Of a DNA stretch of 30,340 bases, positions 1-8,586 are shown one piece after another. The DNA is from Pyrobaculum sp. GTDB taxonomy: Archaea > Thermoproteota > Thermoprotei > Thermoproteales > Thermoproteaceae. Both the position numbers and the translations under genes were made by a program. Under the pieces are notes generated by a model. That model did no database searches, was not told the origin of the DNA, and saw nothing but the letters and a program-made list of their open reading frames with translations. The stretch's first letter is position 1. Each line of letters opens with the position of its first letter. The stretch is taken from positions 13,746 through 44,085 of the forward strand of contig JBKBOT010000001.1 in NCBI GenBank assembly GCA_046293555.1, given 5' to 3'.

Positions 1-8
1 AAAAAATT

Positions 9-905
9 TTATAACTTTATACCAAGACGTTTTGCTACTTTTTCAAAGTCGTCTTTAGAGAGACCAGGAGCGAACTCTTCTGGCACTTCTGGAAGTTCTT
101 TATATTCACCGCCCTCTGGCGGCCCCTCCTTGACGATAAGGGGCTGTCCGTCTTGTGGATGTGTTCCACGCCAGATTAGCTCAAGGTCTTTATAATCGGC
201 AGGGCTGAAGCGATATAACATTCTGTGTATGCCCATTTTTTCATATTTCGCAGCCTCTGGGAACTTAGAGTTTTCTACACGGGGCAACGGGAGCATCCTC
301 CACACCTCAACTCCACTCAACGCCTCTAGCGCCTTTCCATACGCCATGGCGTGTACGCCGCCTCTCACCAACAAATAGCCTATCATCTCCCGCGCCACTG
401 GGTTGTCGGTCATCTCATACACTCTCATCTTGGCCAGTCTAGCCCCCACTTCTAGGAAGAAGTTAAACAGTAGATCTATTTCTAAGACACCACTGACAAA
501 TATATAATCACCACGCCACGGCGTGCCGTGGGAATCCATGGGGAAGGCGGTAAGGCCTGTGTTAATTACGTGGTAGGTATTCCGGACATCTTTTAGCCTC
601 TTGAGAGGCGCCTTTTCTGGCGGGGCGTATTCAGTAGAGCCTACATACAGGGCGTTAACCACGGCGCTTACCAGCTCTATATGGCCCAGCTCCTCTGTGG
701 CTATGTTAGAGACTAGGTCTCTAAAGGGTTTAACTGCCGGATTTCTGTGAAGACGGTAGTTAAAAGACTGGTAGGTGTATGTCATTAATGTAGACATCTC
801 GCCGAATCTCCCCCCTAGCAGCTCTTGAACCGCAGCCGCGGCGTTTGGGTCTGGCTCTTTTGGCGTGGGCAACTCTATTTGGAGCCTATCTATTCTTAGC
901 CACAT
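9..905 (-). CDS. Manganese (non-haem) catalase
   Basis: 298 aa with Mn-catalase motifs QELLGGRFGEMST, IATEELGHIE, E..AR..YEMTDNP and LLVRGGVH. Confidence 0.93.
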   Translation of the reverse strand: MWLRIDRLQIELPTPKEPDPNAAAAVQELLGGRFGEMSTLMTYTYQSFNYRLHRNPAVKPFRDLVSNIATEELGHIELVSAVVNALYVGSTEYAPPEKAPLKRLKDVRNTYHVINTGLTAFPMDSHGTPWRGDYIFVSGVLEIDLLFNFFLEVGARLAKMRVYEMTDNPVAREMIGYLLVRGGVHAMAYGKALEALSGVEVWRMLPLPRVENSKFPEAAKYEKMGIHRMLYRFSPADYKDLELIWRGTHPQDGQPLIVKEGPPEGGEYKELPEVPEEFAPGLSKDDFEKVAKRLGIKL

Positions 906-934
906 GTCTCTATCTTCGAAATCTCTTTTAAAGC

Positions 935-985
935 ATTAACTATGTTAAATCGATAAACGTGTCTAACAAATTAACACCGTTAAAT
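935..985. promoter_or_regulatory. Two palindromic ATTAAC-N3-GTTAAAT boxes upstream of the catalase (candidate operators)
   Basis: TTAACtatGTTAA at 936-948 and TTAACaccGTTAA at 971-983, 35 bp apart, in the AT-rich divergent intergenic region. Confidence 0.45.
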
Positions 986-1148
986 ATATATATGGATATC
1001 TTAACGTTGAAAATGAAATACCCAATAAACTTTGATAATGGGAGTGTGTTATACCTAGAAGTTGTAAAAACCCTCGGGTTAATAACCCACTGATTTAGAG
1101 GAGGTGTATTTCTCCTGTTAAATTTTAAGAACTTTTTTAATCTTGACT

Positions 1149-2156
1149 ATGGGCTCTTTGCTAAAGGGATATGACCTAGAGAATTTAGCTGTGGCCACCG
1201 TGGCTTCACATACCGCTCTCCAGATTCTTAGAGGCGCCAAGAAGCATGGCTTTAAGACTATTGCAGTGGCTGGAAGTGAGAGAGCTATGTTGTTTTATAG
1301 ACAATTTTGGTTTATCGACGAGGTGTGGTCTGCAGACTTCTCCAACTTTAGGCCTGTTGCCGAAAAGCTAAGGGGTGAGAACGCCATAATGATACCCCAC
1401 GGCTCATATGTGGAGTACGTGGGCTGGAGACAGGCGCTGGAAGCCCCTGTGCCCACCTTAGGCTGTAGGGAGCTAATAAGGTGGGAGGCAGACCAGTTTA
1501 AGAAAATGGAGTTACTAAAGTCTGCAGGTATTCCAACTCCCCGCCACTTTACATCTATCGAGGAGGTAGATAGAGTAGTTATAGTCAAGCTTTTTGGCGC
1601 CAAGGGGGGCCGCGGGTATTTTGTGGCAAGAGACGTAGAGGAGTTAAAAAAGAGGCTTGTGGCTGTTAGGGAAGGCCGCATACTCCAAGAGTATGTCTTC
1701 GGGGTGCCGGCTTATTATCATTACTTTGCGTCACCGGTCTACCACAGGGTGGAGCTCTTTGGGGCAGACATTAGATATGAATCTAATGTAGACGGGCGGC
1801 ATTTCGGGCTTGTGGAGCCCACCTTTGTGGTTGTGGGAAATTTGCCCATGGTGTTAAGAGAGTCCCTCCTGCCGACTGTGTTAGAATACGGCGAGAGGTT
1901 TGCACACGCCGTGAGGGAAAAGGTGGGCTGCGAGCTGTCTGGCCCCTATTGTCTAGAGTCCATAATTAAAGACGACATGTCTATAGTGGTGTTTGAGTTC
2001 TCGGGCCGCATCGTGGCTGGGACAAATATGTACATGGGCTATGGGTCTCCCTATTCGGCACTATATTTCGACAGGCCTATGGACATGGGGGAGAGGATTG
2101 CCCACGAGATCAGAGAGGCTATTGCCAGGGGGAAATTAGAACAACTTGTGACATAA
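1149..2156 (+). CDS. purP: PurP-like ATP-grasp ligase (5-formaminoimidazole-4-carboxamide ribonucleotide synthetase family), paralogue 1
   Basis: ASHTALQI, PHGSYVEY, KGGRGYF, LRESLL, GPYCLE and FEFSGRIVAGTN motifs. ATG 1149 preferred over TTG 1143. Confidence 0.85.
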   Translation: MGSLLKGYDLENLAVATVASHTALQILRGAKKHGFKTIAVAGSERAMLFYRQFWFIDEVWSADFSNFRPVAEKLRGENAIMIPHGSYVEYVGWRQALEAPVPTLGCRELIRWEADQFKKMELLKSAGIPTPRHFTSIEEVDRVVIVKLFGAKGGRGYFVARDVEELKKRLVAVREGRILQEYVFGVPAYYHYFASPVYHRVELFGADIRYESNVDGRHFGLVEPTFVVVGNLPMVLRESLLPTVLEYGERFAHAVREKVGCELSGPYCLESIIKDDMSIVVFEFSGRIVAGTNMYMGYGSPYSALYFDRPMDMGERIAHEIREAIARGKLEQLVT

Positions 2157-2186
2157 AAATATATATATTTATGTCTTTATATAGAT

Positions 2187-3006
2187 GTGAAATGTGTCAA
2201 GACTGTAGGGTACGTCCCAGAGATTGGGCTGGGGACTTTTGGAACCGGTGGGGACTTCTGGTCTAGAGACAGCAGTAAACACCTGGGTTCAAGCATTGAG
2301 GAGAGGGCTTGAGCTAGGGCTGCGAATTATAGACACCTCTGAGCTATACGGCGCAGGACATACGGACGAACTTGTGAAAATTGCCGCAGCCGAGATATAC
2401 AACGTCTATGTTGTCTACAAGATACAACCCCCGGCGGCGGCTCCAGAGGAGGTAACAAAGAGGGCTGTCATCGCCGCCGAGCGGCTTGGCAGAAGGCCTT
2501 GGATATTGATGTTTCACTGGACGCCTGTACACGTCCACATATGTGATGTAGTCAAGGCGCTGGAGACAGCTGTGGCGAAAGGGCTGGCGGAGCACTACGG
2601 TTTGAGCAACGTGACGTATAAACAGCTAACTGCCGCAATGACGTGCTTCAAGAAGATTGCCCCCGCCGCCGTGGAGAATAGATATAGCTTGAGATATAGG
2701 AGAGACGAGCTAGACGTCCTCCCCCTAACCCAAAGAGAGGGCATGTTATACCTCGCCTACTCTCCACTTGAGAGAGGGCTATTGGCGCTAGATCCCTACC
2801 TGGCCTCCATAGGGGCTAGGTACAACAAGACTGCGGCACAGGTGGCCTTAAACTGGTATCTAGCTATCCCCAACCTAGTCCCCATAGTGAAGTCCGGCAG
2901 CGTGAAGCATGTTGAGGAAAATGCAGGCGCGTTAGGGTGGGCGCTCGGCGAGAAAGACTGGAAGGAGATAGACAAGAGGTTTTACTCATACAGGCTAGAG
3001 ATTTAA
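2187..3006 (+). pseudogene. Aldo/keto reductase split by a +1 frameshift near 2280 (pseudogene or sequence error)
   Basis: GTG 2187 reads MKCVKTVGYVPEIGLGTFGTGGDFWSRDSSK (AKR GxGT motif) and stops at TGA 2310-2312. The rest (DTSELYGAG, GLSN, AYSPL, AQVALNW, HVEEN) is in the +1 frame of ORF 2224-3006. Confidence 0.8.
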
Positions 3007-3026
3007 ATATCCATTTCTTTATCCCA

Positions 3027-3254
3027 ATGGTTATTTACGTCAGGGCAGACCGGTGGCTTTGTACAGGCTGTGGGCTTTGTCAAGGCGCCGTCTTTACCCT
3101 CGAAGATGGGGCGGTGGCCGTAAGGCCTGAGTATAGGTTTAACGGCTCAATAGAGGAGGGCATGGTGGGAGACGACCTGCTGCCAAATGTGCTAAAGGCG
3201 GCGCGGGCTTGTCCCAACGGCGGCATCCGTTGGCTACGTCGTGATCTCCTCTAG
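3027..3254 (+). CDS. Small mono-cluster ferredoxin
   Basis: From ATG 3027, 75 aa with CTGCGLC...ACP. TTTAAATA lies about 25 nt upstream. Confidence 0.85.
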   Translation: MVIYVRADRWLCTGCGLCQGAVFTLEDGAVAVRPEYRFNGSIEEGMVGDDLLPNVLKAARACPNGGIRWLRRDLL

Positions 3255-4274
3255 CCGCCTTGCCTCCACAGCTTCTCTGATTTCTATCGCAATCCTCCTC
3301 CCCATGGATATAGGCTTGCCGAAATAGAGCTTTGAGTACTGGCCCCCTACCCCCATATACGCGTTGGTCCCACCCCCAATCCTTGGCGCCACGTCGTACA
3401 CCACTACCTCTAGACGTGGGGTGACCACAAACTGTAGGGTAAAGGGCCCTATGGCGCCCGGGGGCACAAGCCTCCGGGCCGCCTCCACAAAGCGGTGGCC
3501 TACATCAAACACCCTCTCTAGGAGAGACTCGCGGAGGGTTGCAGGCTCGTGGCCCACCTCCACGTATCTAACCTCTGGGTCTATGTCTAACTGGTCTCTT
3601 GCCGGGAGTCTATATACTCCATCGAGATTACTCTGTATCCTCCTGTCGAAGCTATGTAACTCTAGCCTCCTCCTCATTGCTGAGTAGAAAAAGTTGGCGT
3701 TAAAATGGGCGCCTAGCACAAGCTCCTCTATTGCAGCCTCCTTTAGGTCTTCCAGCTTTATAACTCCCGCCTCCGCAAGCCGCCTGGCCTTCCTCCACAG
3801 GTCTTCTCTATCTCTCGCAATAAAGAACCCCCTCTCCACCCGCCTCTCCGCCTCCGGCAGTTTTACAATTACAGGCCTGTCTACCTCATCTATGTGGAAA
3901 ACCTTAGGCCGGGGGATGCCGCCCCCGTCTAGGAGCTTGTAGTAATTATGGGGCCCAGTCCTCTCCTCCCACCTTAGGAGAAATCTGTTGCCAAATATGG
4001 GCACTGGAAACTCTCTCTCGATGGCGTCATATCCCACATATACCGCAAAAGAGCGGTTTGGCACAAAGATGGCCTCCTCGCCTTTTAGCAGATCTACAAC
4101 CTTCAGGATGTCTCTATATTCTTCCAACACCACAAGTCTGTCCACTACTGGAAATTCCCTATATGCCCTCTCCCGCCCTCTTTTAGCTATGGCAATAGTT
4201 TTAAACCCCTCGTCTTTCGCCCCATCTAAGACGTCTAACGCGCTGTGGGAAGCCAACACGGCTACAGACACCAC
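3234..4274 (-). CDS. PurP-like ATP-grasp ligase, paralogue 2
   Basis: [34 protein letters not shown] and [11 protein letters not shown] motifs; second PurP subfamily. Confidence 0.85.
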   Translation of the reverse strand: MVSVAVLASHSALDVLDGAKDEGFKTIAIAKRGRERAYREFPVVDRLVVLEEYRDILKVVDLLKGEEAIFVPNRSFAVYVGYDAIEREFPVPIFGNRFLLRWEERTGPHNYYKLLDGGGIPRPKVFHIDEVDRPVIVKLPEAERRVERGFFIARDREDLWRKARRLAEAGVIKLEDLKEAAIEELVLGAHFNANFFYSAMRRRLELHSFDRRIQSNLDGVYRLPARDQLDIDPEVRYVEVGHEPATLRESLLERVFDVGHRFVEAARRLVPPGAIGPFTLQFVVTPRLEVVVYDVAPRIGGGTNAYMGVGGQYSKLYFGKPISMGRRIAIEIREAVEARRLEEITT

Positions 4275-4356
4275 GCAAGCTTCTTGTTGGGGTATATAGA
4301 CTTTTTTGTAAACAGAGTGGCAATAGCTTTTTAAAAGAAGGTATATCTTTCACTTT

Positions 4357-5535
4357 ATGGATCTCCTTTCTCCACTTTTTGCAGTAGTGTTAACATATAG
4401 AGAGGTGCGGGGAGACCGTTTGGGGAAGGTGGCTGAAGAGATGAAAAGATGTATAGAGGTGGTGGGGGGGAAGACGCCCATGTTTGTATTACATACATGT
4501 GGGAGAGTTGAGGCGTATCTATACGGCCCCTCTAGGGAGGAGGTGGAGCGTGTCGCCAAGGGGTATAGACGACATGTGGACAACGTGTCTATCCTCAAGG
4601 GTCTGGAGGCCGCCCGCCACCTGTTTCAAGTGGCTGCGGGACTTGACTCCATATTGATAGGGGAGACAGACGTATTAGGCCAGCTGGAGGAGGCATACGA
4701 CAGACAAGTTAGGGCGGGCTACACCAGAGGTCTCTTAAAGCTTGTAGTGGAGAGAGCCATCCGCGTGGGCAAAAGGGTGCGGACAGAAACCAAGATCTCC
4801 CAGGGGCCTAGAGGCCTGGGCTCTCTCTCTATAATCTACGTCTCCAGGCTTCTAGACCTACAGAAAGCCAAGGTCGCCGTGTTTGGCACCGGGGCCCTGG
4901 GGGCAGGTCTAGCCATGGAGCTCGCCGCGAGGGGGGTCGGCAAGCTGTATGTACTAAATAGGACTTTCGAGAAAGCCCTAGAGGTGGCAAGTAAGGTGGG
5001 CGCCGAGGCCAGGCCCCTCACTAGAGAGGAGGTAGAGAGATGTCTGCTAGAATGCGACGTGGTGTTTTCCTCAGTACAGGTCTTTGAATACATAATCGAC
5101 AGCGTGCCCCCCGGCGCTGCGACAAAAGTAGTCGTAGATCTGGGGGTCCCCAACAGCGTTGCGCCAAGCCTCCCCATAAAGGTGGTGCGGATAGAAGACC
5201 TGGGGGAATTAGCCAGCCAATTTAACGAGATGAGGCGGGAGGAGGTGGCAAAAGCCGAGGCTATAGTAGAAGAGGAGGTGGAGAAACTTCCCACATATAT
5301 GGCGAGGAGATATGTGGAGGAGCTAGCGGCATCTCTCATAGAAAAGGCCATGTCTGTCGCCGAGGAGGAGGGCAACAGGGCGGGCTGCCCCACCGCAGTT
5401 CTAGCCGCCAGGACCACCATAAAGAGGACTCTTCTGCCCATAGTAGAAAAGGCGAAAGAGTTGGCTCAAGACGGGAGGCTTGAAGAGGCCGTAAAGCTGG
5501 TTACCTTCCTCAAGGAGCTTTACACCCCGACTTGA
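4357..5535 (+). CDS. hemA: Glutamyl-tRNA reductase
   Basis: TCGRVE catalytic Cys motif, [33 protein letters not shown] site, NRT and DLGVP. Confidence 0.93.
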   Translation: MDLLSPLFAVVLTYREVRGDRLGKVAEEMKRCIEVVGGKTPMFVLHTCGRVEAYLYGPSREEVERVAKGYRRHVDNVSILKGLEAARHLFQVAAGLDSILIGETDVLGQLEEAYDRQVRAGYTRGLLKLVVERAIRVGKRVRTETKISQGPRGLGSLSIIYVSRLLDLQKAKVAVFGTGALGAGLAMELAARGVGKLYVLNRTFEKALEVASKVGAEARPLTREEVERCLLECDVVFSSVQVFEYIIDSVPPGAATKVVVDLGVPNSVAPSLPIKVVRIEDLGELASQFNEMRREEVAKAEAIVEEEVEKLPTYMARRYVEELAASLIEKAMSVAEEEGNRAGCPTAVLAARTTIKRTLLPIVEKAKELAQDGRLEEAVKLVTFLKELYTPT

Positions 5536-5543
5536 GGCAATAG

Positions 5544-5635
5544 TGGGGCCGCCGGGATTTGAACCCGGGGTCACGCGGACCCGAACCGCGCCTTAGTGGA
5601 CCAAGTCCAATCCTACCAGGCTAGACCACGGCCCC
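5544..5635 (-). tRNA. tRNA-Pro(CGG) with an 18-nt non-canonical intron at about 25/26
   Basis: Minus strand: GGGGCCG-TG-GTCTAGCCTGGTAGGAT[TGGACTTGGTCCACTAAG]G-CGCGG-TTCGGGT-CCGCG-TGACC-CCGGG-TTCAAAT-CCCGG-CGGCCCC-A. Intron about 5592-5609; CCA not encoded; TTTAAA about 25 nt upstream. Confidence 0.92.
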
Positions 5636-5679
5636 CATTGTTCTAAAACTCTCTGTTTTAAATGTTTTGAAAAATGGGG

Positions 5680-5733
5680 TTATTTTTCCTTCTCCTTTTT
5701 CTTCTCCTCCACCTTTTTAGGCGGCGCGCACAT
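5680..5733 (-). CDS. Candidate 17-aa Lys/Glu-rich micropeptide MCAPPKKVEEKKKEKEK
   Basis: ATG 5733 to TAA 5680, with TTTAAATA 20-27 nt upstream and GGGGG just before the ATG. Confidence 0.35.
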   Translation of the reverse strand: MCAPPKKVEEKKKEKEK

Positions 5734-5780
5734 GGCCCCCTTTGGTCTCTACTATTTAAACTTTATTAATTGTTACCCAC

Positions 5781-7100
5781 ATGAAGGTAAGGGTTAGGGG
5801 GGTTTACGCCACGGCGTTAACCAAGCTGTCACTTGAGTGGGGGTTTAAAGTCGTGCAGCCAACAGAAAAGATCAGAGAGAGATTTAAGCTAGAAGAGGAC
5901 CTCTCCCCGCCCGATATTACCATCAAGGACCACGAGTCGAGAAGTGGGGTGGCTATAATTGGGAAGTGTGACCCACTGAGGAGTTTTGTAGAAAAACTCG
6001 TGGAGTATCTCGACCCCTTTGTGGCCTACTCAGACATGGGGCTTCACGACGTCTTTACGGGGAAGGCCCTAGAGGGAGGTTTCGTCGAGGCGCCAGGCGG
6101 TCTTGTGCTTAAAGTTCCGCCTCCCTATTTGCCCACACCTGGCTCCATCCAGGTTTTCACGGTGGTAAGACCCCCCATAGGGCAAGAGGGGGGTCTCGCC
6201 GTGCCGGAAATTGTGGTGGAGGGGGACTACATGGAGCTAAACACCATGGGAGGGGTGAGATACAGTAGGCACATCCCGCAGGTAGATAGGTTCAGACTTG
6301 GCCTCGTCGCCACTAGGTTAAGGCTCGGCGGGCTTGGCCTTAAGTTCAAATCGTCGGCTAGATATGCGGCTGAAGACGTGTTGATTCAAGAGGCTGAAAG
6401 GTTGTATCAAGAGATACAGAGTCTCGCCAACGCCACGGGGATTTTGAGAAGAGGCCGCTGCGTCGCCGTGGTTTTGTTCGACAAAGTGGCTAAGGAGAGG
6501 CTAGACGCGGCGAGGTCGACAGTTGTGCCAACTGTCAGAGGCCACCACGCGTTGAGGGCGCAGGGGATGGGCAGATGTCTCGACCTGCTAGACCACGTGG
6601 GGGCAGATGTCTACGAAAGGGCAGCTGCATTCTTGGCGCGGGGATATATAGAGCTGTGGCACATAAAGCCCTGGGGGAAGGTGGTTAAGATGCGGGGAGA
6701 GGCTCTGGGCTTTAAAGACGGCGTGTTGGTTGTGAAGAGAGCCCTCAAGCCAGGTGGGGTTTTAGACGGCATTGGCGTCAAGATCGGCAGGGGCTATTAC
6801 GCACTGACTTGTGTATCTAGAGATGTGGTTCATACCTACTACACCCCCGAGGGCCAGATGGTGGGGACCTACATAAATATAAACACAGAGCCGGAGCTAG
6901 GGCGTAGGGTTATATACATAGACCTGCTGGTAGACAAGGCCTATGGCCCAGACGGGGTGGAGAAGGTGTTAGATCTGGAGGAATACCACAAATTCCGACA
7001 CATGTTTCCCCAACGGTATAAAGACCTCCCCATGCCAAGAGGAAAAATGGTCTGTACAGAAGGGGGGCTTAAAGCTCTTTCTCAGTCTGACGCCGCTTGA
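5781..7100 (+). CDS. fau-1: FAU-1 family AU-rich RNA-binding protein / ribonuclease (RNase E/G-like N-terminal part plus DUF402)
   Basis: N-terminal VRVRGVYATALT, PTVRGHH, C-terminal GTYININT..E and YIDLLVD. Confidence 0.88.
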   Translation: MKVRVRGVYATALTKLSLEWGFKVVQPTEKIRERFKLEEDLSPPDITIKDHESRSGVAIIGKCDPLRSFVEKLVEYLDPFVAYSDMGLHDVFTGKALEGGFVEAPGGLVLKVPPPYLPTPGSIQVFTVVRPPIGQEGGLAVPEIVVEGDYMELNTMGGVRYSRHIPQVDRFRLGLVATRLRLGGLGLKFKSSARYAAEDVLIQEAERLYQEIQSLANATGILRRGRCVAVVLFDKVAKERLDAARSTVVPTVRGHHALRAQGMGRCLDLLDHVGADVYERAAAFLARGYIELWHIKPWGKVVKMRGEALGFKDGVLVVKRALKPGGVLDGIGVKIGRGYYALTCVSRDVVHTYYTPEGQMVGTYININTEPELGRRVIYIDLLVDKAYGPDGVEKVLDLEEYHKFRHMFPQRYKDLPMPRGKMVCTEGGLKALSQSDAA

Positions 7101-7341
7101 CAGCTTGGTCGAAAACAATCCAGTTTCTATACCACAGCTCGTTAACCTTCTTTAATTCTGTCAAGATGAGTTTAGTTAACTCCTTGGCAGTTATAGACTC
7201 TCTATCGTCTACATAACATTCTATCTTCTTGGCGATTTTTCGCGCCACCTCGGCGGGTGCCCCCGCCTTGAGTATACTTACCACAATTTTCTCGGGGATA
7301 AACTCCTCCTCACGGCCGTCTCTCTTAATTACCTTCACCAT
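7069..7341 (-). CDS. Stand-alone ATP-cone domain protein
   Basis: VIKRDGREEEFIPEKIVVSILKAG ATP-cone signature; 90 aa. Confidence 0.85.
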   Translation of the reverse strand: MVKVIKRDGREEEFIPEKIVVSILKAGAPAEVARKIAKKIECYVDDRESITAKELTKLILTELKKVNELWYRNWIVFDQAVKRRQTEKEL

Positions 7342-7353
7342 ATAATCTTCAAT

Positions 7354-8262
7354 TTATTTAAAGATAAATGCCCCCTCTGTCATCTGTGCCACCTTGACCT
7401 CAGCCCTCAAGCCCTCTTCTAAATAAGCCCTGGCCATTGCCGCCTTTACAGCATCGCTGTGTTTCTCATCTACTAACGCCACGACGGCGGGCCCAGCCCC
7501 AGAGAGGGCAACTCCAAAGGCCCCGGCCTCTTTGGCGTATTTTTTCACCCTATAGTAGCCCTGTACATACGGCGCCCGGGCCGGCTCCACCACCTCATCC
7601 TCCATGCCAAGGGCGGCAGTTCTGGGGTCTGAGTAGGCAAATCCGGAGACCAACGCGGCCACTTTAGCCAGCTGGCTTACATATCTCCTAAACTCCACCT
7701 CTTTTGGCAATACACTCCGCATGATTTTTGTCTTTTCTGGAACTGGCGGCACGTCTGGCACTCCAATCACGAAGAAAAACCGGGGGGAAAACCTAACCAC
7801 CTCCAGGGGGGATGTGGAGATCAGCACCACTGCGCCGCCTAGAGCGGCTCCAGCCACGTTGTCAAAATGTGGCGACCCCGCGGCGGCGGTTTCGCCAAGT
7901 CCCGCAGCCTCTATGGCGATTCTGTAATCTATCGACATTCCAGCCTCATATAGAAAAGCGGCTATGGCGGCAACTGCCGACGCCCCGCTGCTACCCAGCC
8001 CCCTGGCGATGGGGATCCTGTTGTTCACCTCTACCTCCACCTGTCTACATATGCCCAACCTGTCGAAAAGAGCCCTGAGGGCTGCAGCCACAGTGTTGTG
8101 CGGCCCGGGGTTGTACTCCCGAAATCTGACATCTACGCCACATCCAGACTCAATTTTCACATAGGCCTCGGCAAAATACGCGTCGTGCGCCACAGCCACT
8201 ATGTCAAAACCTGCGCCTAGGTTGGCGCTAGTGGACGGAGCCTTTCCGTAGTTACAAGACAT
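7354..8262 (-). CDS. thrB: Homoserine kinase (GHMP family)
   Basis: [31 protein letters not shown] and LSGAGP. True start is most likely ATG 8262, because the longer ORF-track extension runs through the structured RNA. Confidence 0.93.
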   Translation of the reverse strand: MSCNYGKAPSTSANLGAGFDIVAVAHDAYFAEAYVKIESGCGVDVRFREYNPGPHNTVAAALRALFDRLGICRQVEVEVNNRIPIARGLGSSGASAVAAIAAFLYEAGMSIDYRIAIEAAGLGETAAAGSPHFDNVAGAALGGAVVLISTSPLEVVRFSPRFFFVIGVPDVPPVPEKTKIMRSVLPKEVEFRRYVSQLAKVAALVSGFAYSDPRTAALGMEDEVVEPARAPYVQGYYRVKKYAKEAGAFGVALSGAGPAVVALVDEKHSDAVKAAMARAYLEEGLRAEVKVAQMTEGAFIFK

Positions 8263-8291
8263 TAATGGGTGAGAATTGAGGTAAATAAAAG

Positions 8292-8434
8292 ACCCACGGC
8301 CCCCAGCCGTCGGCGCCGACGTGGCCAACAACACCAGACGGGTTGGCCCGTCCAGTGCCGTTGGCCATCCCCCCTGGCCACACGTGGGTTTAGCCCACAT
8401 GTGGCGAGCCCGGGGGCGGCTGGGAGCCGTGGGC
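8292..8434 (-). ncRNA. Unclassified, highly structured GC-rich RNA (multi-branch, 4 helices)
   Basis: 17-18 bp closing stem, 12-bp and 21-bp hairpins, and a GTCGGCGCCGAC palindrome. All non-Watson-Crick pairs in these helices are G-U on the minus strand. AT-rich promoter-like DNA lies upstream and TTTTATTT downstream. Confidence 0.7.
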
Positions 8435-8586
8435 TGTCTATATAACAATAGACACATATAACATTATTTACATAATACATATATAATATATCTCTTAGAA
8501 ATTTGGTATTACCCTATATATTATTAAAGGGTAGTTTAACTACTTGTCATAACGAAATTTTTTAAAGATGGGGTAAAGTCAGCGTT

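Noticed and set aside
992-1093. Small plus-strand ORF (MDILTLK)MKYPINFDNGSVLYLEVVKTLGLITH in the catalase-purP spacer
   Set aside because: Only 26-33 aa in AT-rich promoter DNA with no recognisable motif; cannot be supported without conservation data.
8292-8434. Assignment of the structured RNA as RNase P, SRP or 5S RNA
   Set aside because: I could not find the RNase P P4 consensus, the SRP helix-8 motif or 5S conserved loops, and it is too short for SRP or RNase P.
8263-8480. 65-aa N-terminal extension of ThrB and ORF 8262-8480
   Set aside because: These are read-through of the GC-rich structured element; ThrB homology starts at ATG 8262, which has its own TATA-like tract.
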